Of a DNA stretch of 39,194 nucleotides, positions 7,950-15,052 are shown piece by piece. Numbering within the stretch: the first letter of the stretch is position 1; every line of letters begins with the position of its first letter. This DNA is from a virus. Lineage: Duplodnaviria; Heunggongvirae; Uroviricota; Caudoviricetes. The position numbers were made by a program, and so were the translations under genes. The stretch is from the IMG/VR virus record IMGVR_UViG_3300045391_007586; one strand, given 5' to 3'. The notes below the pieces were generated by a model, which saw nothing but the letters and a program-made list of their open reading frames with translations, was not told the DNA's origin and did not search any database.

Positions 7950-9146
7950 TCAGTGGATCGTCGCACCGCGCATCGCCGGGTCGATCTCGTCCTCGCTCCG
8001 GTAATACCACTTCCCGCCAGCGACGGCGTGATCGCGGACCTGGATGTAGTCGAACGTGACAGCCTTCGTGAACGTGTCGACGTTCGCGATGGCGAAGCCG
8101 TTGTGCCAGCGCTCCCCTTCGCAGTAGCTCGCGCTGCGCTTGTGGCCGCTGCCGAGCTGATGCCACTCGTATTCGCCGTAGACCGGGCTGAACTCGGCCC
8201 AGACGACATGCTTGTGATGGTGGCCGTTCACGCCGGGGAGGCCCATGTTCCGCGCGTGCGGGAAGTGGTGGATGAGGACCGTGTTGTAGAAAATCTTGTA
8301 GTTGTTCGCGAGCTCCTTGTCGAAGTCGCGTTTCGTCCAGGCCGCTAGGTCGGCTCTCGCCGTGTAGTTGATCTCGAACTGCTCAAGTCCAAGCAGCTTG
8401 CTCACCGTGAACCCGTGCAGGTCACTCAGGACGGCCCGTAGAGCCGGCGTCGCGTCTGCAAGGTGCTTCAGCAGACGCGCTTCGTGATTGCCCTCGATGA
8501 AGTCGTGCTGCGCATTCGGCGCGGCTTCACGCGTCGGCCCGAAGATGCGCTCGTGCGCGAACTTGATGCGGCCGACGACATCCCACTCGCGCGGGTCGAC
8601 GCCATACTTGCCGAACTCGGGCAGGTCGAAGATGTCGCCGCCATAGATCACGTTGTCCGGCTGGATGCGGCGAATCACATCCAACCAGACCCGCAGGAAG
8701 AATGGATCGATCTCCGTATCATGGAAGTCGGAGCCGATGACCATCGTCTTGAACCGGGCGCCGTTCTCCCGGATGTATCGATCACTCCAATTTCCTCGTT
8801 CCGCGTTCAGCTCGCGGTAGTTGTCCACCGAGGCGTGTTTGGCGATGGCGCGCTCGTGAGCGTGCTGCGCGCGGCTCAGTTTGATGCCTGCTTGGCGCTT
8901 GAACTCTTCGAAAGTGCCGAAGTGGCCGTTCCATACGGACTCGGCAATTCGCCCGTGGACGCGGAAGTAATTGCGTGTGACAACCTTGTCCTCGTCCAGC
9001 TTTGCCACGCGGCGAAGCTCTTCAATGCACTGGTCCGCAGTCCAATTGTCCGTGATTTTCAGGGCATTCTCGGACATTGGAATGTCGAACTTCTTGCCCT
9101 TCTTCTTCGCCGCCTGTTGCTGCATGTTGCTTCCAAGGTTACTCAA
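7950..9146 (-). CDS. Calcineurin-like metallophosphoesterase with N-terminal helical extension
   Basis: SDFH, GGDIFD, GNHE and GHHH motifs; start uncertain (TTG 9146 or ATG 9125). Confidence 0.85.
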   Translation of the reverse strand: MSNLGSNMQQQAAKKKGKKFDIPMSENALKITDNWTADQCIEELRRVAKLDEDKVVTRNYFRVHGRIAESVWNGHFGTFEEFKRQAGIKLSRAQHAHERAIAKHASVDNYRELNAERGNWSDRYIRENGARFKTMVIGSDFHDTEIDPFFLRVWLDVIRRIQPDNVIYGGDIFDLPEFGKYGVDPREWDVVGRIKFAHERIFGPTREAAPNAQHDFIEGNHEARLLKHLADATPALRAVLSDLHGFTVSKLLGLEQFEINYTARADLAAWTKRDFDKELANNYKIFYNTVLIHHFPHARNMGLPGVNGHHHKHVVWAEFSPVYGEYEWHQLGSGHKRSASYCEGERWHNGFAIANVDTFTKAVTFDYIQVRDHAVAGGKWYYRSEDEIDPAMRGATIH

Positions 9147-9189
9147 AGCTGACAGTTAAACTCCTTTAAAATCTGTCAGCTTTGATCGA

Positions 9190-9495
9190 TTATTGCGAGT
9201 TGGCTTGGTCTTTCAGGAAACGCTCTACCGCGTCCACGAGCTCGTTGTGTCGTTCCTCAAGTTGGTTGTATGTCTTGATGAGGTCGAAATTCGAGTCGAG
9301 GAAGTCGGCGATCGAGAGCGCCGGATCGGTGTCTTTCTTCGCGCTATTGGGCAGCGGAAGAGGCTGCAATGGCTGCGCTCGCACCATCGCTTCCTGTGGT
9401 GGAACGAACAGCTTTCCCTTCGCGGGCGGCGTTGAGCAAGCGGACAGTGCCAACATCGAGGTAAGCAGGACCGCACTCCAAAGCGTCTTTTTCAC
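9190..9495 (-). CDS. o-spanin (Rz1-like lipoprotein)
   Basis: GTG 9495 with AAGGAG RBS, signal peptide and lipobox LSAC, Pro-rich segment; overlaps the i-spanin 3' end in another frame. Confidence 0.8.
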   Translation of the reverse strand: MKKTLWSAVLLTSMLALSACSTPPAKGKLFVPPQEAMVRAQPLQPLPLPNSAKKDTDPALSIADFLDSNFDLIKTYNQLEERHNELVDAVERFLKDQANSQ

Positions 9496-9775
9496 TCGGT
9501 TTCTCCTTGTAGACATACCGGACCTGAGTGACCACACGCTCGTGTGCAGCCGCCTTGTCCGCATCGACGGCAGCGCCCACCGCCGCCACTTTGTCCGCAA
9601 TCGCCTGGCTGACCTGGGTCGATTGGACGATTTCGTTGGCTGTTTCCTTCTGCGCCTTCACTACCTGGCTCACCTGAGCCGCCTTATCGTGGTCGCCTCG
9701 GACGTAAATACCGATGCCACATCCAATGACGACGGCGATGAGGCTCGCCGCCAGGATTTCCGAAATGGTGTTCAC
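9344..9775 (-). CDS. i-spanin (Rz-like)
   Basis: GTG overlaps the endolysin stop (GTGA) with AAGGAG RBS; N-terminal TM then helical domain with a late Cys. Confidence 0.8.
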   Translation of the reverse strand: MNTISEILAASLIAVVIGCGIGIYVRGDHDKAAQVSQVVKAQKETANEIVQSTQVSQAIADKVAAVGAAVDADKAAAHERVVTQVRYVYKEKPSEKDALECGPAYLDVGTVRLLNAAREGKAVRSTTGSDGASAAIAASSAAQ

Positions 9776-10398
9776 TTCGTCTCCTTGTCCATGAAGAGAT
9801 ACTTCTCGCGCCGGCTTGTCGGAGGCACCACATTCGCCACGTAGCCGCGGTTGATCTGGAAGAACGACTGGCCGTAACCCGACACCGCCGTCTTGGCCCG
9901 GAAGCTCGTGCGCTCGACGTTGCCAAACCACACGTTCGGATTGCACCCGCTCGTGTGCTCGCAAAGCGCCCTGTCCTTCAGGACGCCTCCGAGCCCGCCG
10001 TTATATGCGGAGAACATGAAGGCCATCCGGTCGGTATCGGTCGCGCCGAAGTGGATCGAGTGGTAGAGATTCCGGTCGTAGGCGACAAGCGCGCCGAGCT
10101 GCATTTTTGGGTTGAATCGGTCGCTCCACTGCCAGTTGGCAAGGGACTTGTCCCACGTCTTTGCAGCTTCGAAGTTGTTGAACTTCTTCGTGACCGTGAG
10201 CTGGCCGAGACCAAACCCGTATTCGCGGGCAGTCTTGAGCTCAGCCCGCGGGTTCCAGCATTTCGAGGATTGGAGCGTGACGCACGTCTCCTGCTCAACC
10301 TGGGCGGCAAGCATCGACGGCGTAGACATCGTGGGCCAAAGCGCCGTCACCTGCGCGAGCAGGACGGGAATGTAGACGGTCGCGAGCTTAGGAAGCAT
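9772..10398 (-). CDS. Endolysin, lytic transglycosylase (SLT-like)
   Basis: AAQVEQE (candidate catalytic Glu), GFGLGQLT and AYNGGLG motifs; sits between membrane genes and spanins. Confidence 0.85.
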   Translation of the reverse strand: MLPKLATVYIPVLLAQVTALWPTMSTPSMLAAQVEQETCVTLQSSKCWNPRAELKTAREYGFGLGQLTVTKKFNNFEAAKTWDKSLANWQWSDRFNPKMQLGALVAYDRNLYHSIHFGATDTDRMAFMFSAYNGGLGGVLKDRALCEHTSGCNPNVWFGNVERTSFRAKTAVSGYGQSFFQINRGYVANVVPPTSRREKYLFMDKETK

Positions 10399-10407
10399 CG
10401 CTGCCCA

Positions 10408-10713
10408 TCAGTGCGTCATCCAGACGATCAGCGCGCCGACAAAGAACATCGTCGTCGTAGCCATCGTGCAGATGGTGATCGCCGCCGCGATCGGGTTCAG
10501 CTCAATGACATCAAACAGTCGGCGGGGATTGAAGTGGGGAAACAGAATCAGCCGCATCCAGTGCGCGACGCCGACAAGGGTGACGCAAAGCGCAAGCGCA
10601 TACGCGAGCGTCAGAAGCACGCTCATGTCCGTAGCAAGAATCAGCAGCGACGGCACCATCAGCACGAGCAGACGGTCGTCGATGATGGTGGTGAGCCATT
10701 TGAGAGCTTTCAT
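10408..10713 (-). CDS. Putative holin (multi-TM, 101 aa)
   Basis: About three hydrophobic segments, directly upstream of the endolysin. Confidence 0.65.
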   Translation of the reverse strand: MKALKWLTTIIDDRLLVLMVPSLLILATDMSVLLTLAYALALCVTLVGVAHWMRLILFPHFNPRRLFDVIELNPIAAAITICTMATTTMFFVGALIVWMTH

Positions 10714-10722
10714 CGCGACTCC

Positions 10723-11034
10723 TTAGTGCGGCAGCTTGCCGCCAAGCAGGTATCCAGCCGCGAGCGCGCCGACGCCGATCTTCCACACGGCATCGATGAT
10801 CTTGCTCCACAGGTTGTCGACCGTCTTGTCCATACGGTCCAGCACGTGCCCGATGCGGTTGTGCTGGACCGCGTGCTGCGTCGCCGTCATGTCACCGAAA
10901 TAGACGGCAAACTGCTCCTTGATCTGGTCCGAGATTTCGTCCCGCACCTTGTCAAGCATTTCGCGAACAGTCTCTTCTGCGACCGTCTTCGCCAACATCT
11001 TCATCAGCTCCAAATCCTGGTTGGTCTCACCCAT
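10723..11034 (-). CDS. Small membrane-anchored lysis-cassette protein (holin/antiholin-like)
   Basis: Coiled-coil-like N-terminus and one C-terminal TM; first gene after the 11072-11100 promoter. Confidence 0.6.
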   Translation of the reverse strand: MGETNQDLELMKMLAKTVAEETVREMLDKVRDEISDQIKEQFAVYFGDMTATQHAVQHNRIGHVLDRMDKTVDNLWSKIIDAVWKIGVGALAAGYLLGGKLPH

Positions 11035-11071
11035 TCCGACGCTCGCTCGCGGTTTAGATTTCGAAGAGCCA

Positions 11072-11114
11072 ATCCTATGTCAAAAGCCGACGAATGTCAA
11101 TCAGCGATGACTGA
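11072..11114 (-). promoter_or_regulatory. Lysis-cassette promoter TTGACA-N17-TAGGAT with operator site 6 (11097-11114) at/upstream of -35
   Basis: -35 at 11095-11100, -10 at 11072-11077; site TCAATCA-GCGA-TGACTGA. Confidence 0.78.
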
Positions 11115-11117
11115 TAC

Positions 11118-12413
11118 TTAGATCGCCTTTATAGGAATCGTCTTTCGCAGCTTGGGCCGGCGAATATCTCCATCGATATGCACCATGATCTTGCCGGTGA
11201 GCCAATACAAGGCGCCGGACATGACCGCAGTGTTGAACTGAAATTCGTTCTCGCACGCCACATCAAATGCAGCACCTTCCTGATACATGCAGGCGCCGCC
11301 GCAAAGCTGGAGCACCGGGCAATGAGCGCAGTTCGGACGCTTGGACCAATGCCATGAGGTATCCACTGCGACCGACTCGAAGTCGCTTACATGGCCGACG
11401 CCGTGCTTACCCTTCGCGCCGACGTTCTGACATGTCATGACGTTGCCCTTCAGGTCAACCGCGAGCTGATCGGGCCGATCCATGCCGCACTTCTGCCACA
11501 GGGCGGTCGACGGCCGCTTCTGGCGCAGCGAGTCGATGAAGTTCGCCGCCTTGGCCGCAATCGTGTTGTCGTAGCCGCCAGGCGTGCGATTCACGAGCGC
11601 GTTGATGATGTTCCACTGGAGCTGCGAGTATTGCGCCTGCGTCCAGGTAGCGTCGTCTGTCCGGCCGTCCGAGTGCGGGTGAACGATACCCTCGAACGAC
11701 GCCATCACCGTCTCGCCGATCTTTTCGCTCAACCACTGCCGGGGCGAATCGATGTCGAGGTTTGCCGGCGTGATGACGGTGTTGAACGACATCATCCCCT
11801 TGCGGCCGATGCGTTGCCACAGCTTGCGCAGCATCGCGGCCTTCTCCGGGTCGTCGAATGGGTCCGGCCCGCGCAGGTGTTGCGCCTTCGCGTCGTGCGA
11901 TACGACGATGTAGATGTTGTGCCTGTCGATGAAGTCGATCTTCTCGTCGTCGAGCACGCTACCGTTCGTCACAACCAGCATGTGCGCATCCGGGAAGCGC
12001 TCGCGCATCGCCGGAATCAACACCTGCATGTGCTTCCAGTAGGCGAATGGCTCACCGCCCCAGAATTCGATCTTGTTTGGCTTGCTTTTGAGCCATGAGT
12101 CAAGATTTGCGAGGAAATCTTCCGCGTCCTTGACGTTCGAGACCGTTGCGTCTGGAATCTCCGACGACTGAAGGCAATAGGAGCACGCGTAGTTGCATTG
12201 CAGTCCGAGCTGGATTTTCAGGCGAACCGGCGCCCCGTGCTTCTTGCCGGGGCTGTCAGGCGAGATCGCGGTTGCGACCGGCCAGTTTCTCGCCTTCTCG
12301 TCGTAATCGAGCGGGACCGGGTTCCCGGCCTCGTCCGTCAGCGTGCTCGTGTGCGGGTCGTATAGGAGATATGAAACCGACCCATCCCCGCCCTGCATTG
12401 TCAGGCGATACAT
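11118..12413 (-). CDS. Radical SAM enzyme with SPASM domain
   Basis: CxxxCxxC (CNYACSYC), GGEP, VTNG, and SPASM-type cysteines CG...GNVMTC...CAHCPVLQLCGGAC...C. Confidence 0.93.
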   Translation of the reverse strand: MYRLTMQGGDGSVSYLLYDPHTSTLTDEAGNPVPLDYDEKARNWPVATAISPDSPGKKHGAPVRLKIQLGLQCNYACSYCLQSSEIPDATVSNVKDAEDFLANLDSWLKSKPNKIEFWGGEPFAYWKHMQVLIPAMRERFPDAHMLVVTNGSVLDDEKIDFIDRHNIYIVVSHDAKAQHLRGPDPFDDPEKAAMLRKLWQRIGRKGMMSFNTVITPANLDIDSPRQWLSEKIGETVMASFEGIVHPHSDGRTDDATWTQAQYSQLQWNIINALVNRTPGGYDNTIAAKAANFIDSLRQKRPSTALWQKCGMDRPDQLAVDLKGNVMTCQNVGAKGKHGVGHVSDFESVAVDTSWHWSKRPNCAHCPVLQLCGGACMYQEGAAFDVACENEFQFNTAVMSGALYWLTGKIMVHIDGDIRRPKLRKTIPIKAI

Positions 12414-13120
12414 TACTGGACACCTACCGTAACCGCGCCGACGCCCGAGTAATACCGGTAGCCAGCCTTGACAGTGATCGAATCGCCCGCGCTCAGGAGG
12501 TCGGCGCGGACCTGAACGGAGCCCTGCCCCTTGTCGTCGAGCTGGAGACGACGCTTGTTGAGATAGCCTGCCGAGGCTTTGAGCTCCAGCGAGACAGGGA
12601 GCGCCAGCGGAGCGCCGTCTTTGTCCGTGAGCTGCACGTCAATCGTCGCGACGCCATCCGGGGCGACGGTGGCAGGGCCGGTCAATTTCAGACTCGTGAA
12701 CTGCTTGCGCCATGCGCCCGAGTTCGGCTCGATTTCCGTGAGCGTCACGTTCGAGTCCACTTCATGCGCTGCGGTGAACAGCACATGACACTCGTCGAAC
12801 GACTTGACGTTCCGGTGCGGGACGAAAACCTGGATCAACAGCGAAGTGTTCAGGTCGCGTGCCACTTCGCTCAAGCTGCGCTTGCCCACCTGGCTGTGTG
12901 CGAAGACGTTTGCCACACCGGGTAGCATGACTCGACCGGGATCAACGACCGGGTTGAACCGGACGGCATAGAGGGTGAAGTCCCAAAAGTCGGCACGCGC
13001 CGCGATCTCCGCAAACGTCAGGCTTGTGGATTCATCGCCGATCGACATTTCGATCTTGTCGCTTGCATAGTTGACCTTCGACGGCAGGTCATGAGGAAAC
13101 GCTTTTGTGACAAAGTTCAT
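12413..13120 (-). CDS. Hypothetical protein with C-terminal Ig-like (Big/invasin-type) domain
   Basis: ATG 13120 with GGAG RBS; C-terminal beta-rich region (ATIDVQLTDKDG...GQGSVQV...ITVKA); stop overlaps the rSAM start (TAATG). Confidence 0.7.
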   Translation of the reverse strand: MNFVTKAFPHDLPSKVNYASDKIEMSIGDESTSLTFAEIAARADFWDFTLYAVRFNPVVDPGRVMLPGVANVFAHSQVGKRSLSEVARDLNTSLLIQVFVPHRNVKSFDECHVLFTAAHEVDSNVTLTEIEPNSGAWRKQFTSLKLTGPATVAPDGVATIDVQLTDKDGAPLALPVSLELKASAGYLNKRRLQLDDKGQGSVQVRADLLSAGDSITVKAGYRYYSGVGAVTVGVQ

Positions 13121-13168
13121 TCGATACTCCGAAAGTTGATCAGATTCTAAAGCCAAGCCGCCGAAATA

Positions 13169-13186
13169 TCAATCAACGTTGACTGA
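13169..13186. promoter_or_regulatory. Operator-like site 7 (TCAATCA-ACGT-TGACTGA)
   Basis: Within the last codons of fibre 3, upstream of the Ig-like/rSAM pair. Confidence 0.65.
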
Positions 13187-14356
13187 TAGTCCGGCCCAGG
13201 CAATCGACTCGTAGTCGAACGCGAACTCGTTCACGCGCGCACCTACGACATATCCGTTGACGATGATCGGGCTTCCTTCTGTCACGGGAAGGTAGAGTTG
13301 CGTATCGGGACCGTAGGACGGGTCAGCGACCACCGCTTGCCCCTTCCAGCCGTCAATGTGCGCGTATTCGAAGCCGTCGCCCACGAACATGCTGTAGTTG
13401 TCGCGAAGGCCGGCAAGGTGCCCGATTCGCACTTCGAAGCGCCACTGATCCGGGTTCGCGCACCACCACCATTCGTCGCCGTCCTGATCGCGCGCCCAGA
13501 GCATGTGCTCTTCGCTCCAGCTCAGAGAGCCGTCCGCGAACGTCATCATGCGTCGCTCGCCGAGGACTGGCCGATCGATGTCGACGACTTGCACGGGGCC
13601 ATACACGCCCATCACCATGTCGCCAATCTGCACGTCCTCGATGTTCTTCCAAGACCCGTCACCCATGAGGACTTGCGATCCTGCCGGAAAGCACGAGCAC
13701 GGGCATTGGCAATTGCAGTTGCAGTTGATAGCGTTCGGCCCGCGAGGTCCGGGAGGTCCGGGAGGGCCTGGAGGCCCGTAACCGCCTCCCGGACCCGTAG
13801 CGCCCTGATAGCCCGTTGGTCCGGTCGGCCCTGGGGCGCCGGTCGCCCCGGTAGGCCCTGTGGGGCCGGTCGGCCCAGGCTTCCCGATCTTGATTGCGCC
13901 AAGGTCGGTGCCATTCGCGAGCTGATAGCCAGTGACCGTCGCTGTGCCGTTGGATTGCAGCCCGCCGTTCGCGACGAGTTGGCCCGACATTGTGCCGCCC
14001 GACTTCATGATTCGAAGCGCAATGACGGCCTGCGCAAAGGCGGTCGTCGCGAGCTGCGAGTTGTTTGTCCCCACCGGCGCGGTCGGCCCCTTCGGGACTC
14101 CTGTGAATGCGGGCGAGTCAAGGTAAGCGGCAACGCGATTCAGGTCAAACGCCAGCGTCCAGGTTGCAGGAGAAGCGCTGGTCAGTTGGTAGAGCTGGAG
14201 CAAGTCCGTGCGAAGACAGAACATACCGACCACGAGATTCGTTGTCGGAAATGCCGTGCCTGCACTGGCAGACAACGCCGTGCTGTCGTTGTTCACCAGC
14301 TCGCCAATACTACCTTCGAGCGTTTCCGCGCTCGACACCATTGTGAAGTTTTGCAT
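13169..14356 (-). CDS. Tail fibre paralogue 3: fibre N-domain + collagen + CxCxCxCxCxC + Hint domain
   Basis: [27 protein letters not shown] fibre repeat; 17 GXY triplets (13733-13885); [11 protein letters not shown]; [21 protein letters not shown] and SEEH Hint motifs. Confidence 0.85.
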   Translation of the reverse strand: MQNFTMVSSAETLEGSIGELVNNDSTALSASAGTAFPTTNLVVGMFCLRTDLLQLYQLTSASPATWTLAFDLNRVAAYLDSPAFTGVPKGPTAPVGTNNSQLATTAFAQAVIALRIMKSGGTMSGQLVANGGLQSNGTATVTGYQLANGTDLGAIKIGKPGPTGPTGPTGATGAPGPTGPTGYQGATGPGGGYGPPGPPGPPGPRGPNAINCNCNCQCPCSCFPAGSQVLMGDGSWKNIEDVQIGDMVMGVYGPVQVVDIDRPVLGERRMMTFADGSLSWSEEHMLWARDQDGDEWWWCANPDQWRFEVRIGHLAGLRDNYSMFVGDGFEYAHIDGWKGQAVVADPSYGPDTQLYLPVTEGSPIIVNGYVVGARVNEFAFDYESIAWAGLSVNVD

Positions 14357-14362
14357 GTGACC

Positions 14363-15052
14363 TTAGCTGCAATAGACCGCGAATCCTGAAAGGGCTCCAG
14401 GCGGGCCTGGAGGCCCAGGTGGACCCGGAGGCCCAGGCGGACCCGGAGGTCCATAAGGGCCGGGCGCACCCGTCGGGCCACGCGCCCCGGTAGTCCCTGT
14501 GGGGCCGGTCGGACCTGCGGGGCCGACTGGACCTGTAGGTCCAACGATGAGCGCGCCCAAATCCGTCCCGTTTGCGATCTGGAAGCCGGTGACGGTGCCA
14601 CTAACGCCGCTCGATGCGCGGAAATTGCCGGCGCTCGCGGGTGCCGAACTCGTGATCAACCCCGAAACTGTGTCGGTCGTATTGGAGACGAGCAGCGCGA
14701 ATAGAGCCTGAATGAAAGCGGTTGTCGCAAGCTGGTTCGAGCTGTCGAATCCGGCCAGGTTGGAACCCGTCGTTGCGGTCGGAGCCTGCGGCGTTCCCGT
14801 AAATTCGGGCGAGTCCAGGTAGGCCATCAAGCCGCTCATGTCGAACGCGAGCTTCCACGTCGGCGCCAGGTCCGTCAGCTCGAACAGTTGGTTCAGGTCC
14901 GTTCGAAAGCAGAACATGCCCACTTGCAGGTTCGCGGTGGGGAATGCCGTTCCGGCGTTGCACGACAAGACGGTCTGGTCATTCTGAAGGAACAACGCCA
15001 GCGAGTCCTTCAGCTTCATGTCCGCGGTGACGGGCGTGTATTGCTGCGTCAT
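14363..15052 (-). CDS. Tail fibre paralogue 2: fibre N-domain + collagen, no Hint
   Basis: Same N-domain ([22 protein letters not shown]); 17 GXY triplets (14390-14542); ends SGFAVYCS. Start overlaps the paralogue 1 stop (ATGA). Confidence 0.85.
   Translation of the reverse strand: MTQQYTPVTADMKLKDSLALFLQNDQTVLSCNAGTAFPTANLQVGMFCFRTDLNQLFELTDLAPTWKLAFDMSGLMAYLDSPEFTGTPQAPTATTGSNLAGFDSSNQLATTAFIQALFALLVSNTTDTVSGLITSSAPASAGNFRASSGVSGTVTGFQIANGTDLGALIVGPTGPVGPAGPTGPTGTTGARGPTGAPGPYGPPGPPGPPGPPGPPGPPGALSGFAVYCS

Noticed and set aside
14357-14365. Fibre 2 stop is in frame with the fibre 3 start (TAA GGT CAC ATG), suggesting readthrough fusion or selenocysteine
   Set aside because: The stop is TAA, not TGA; TAAGGT can serve as the SD for fibre 3; no recoding signal was seen.
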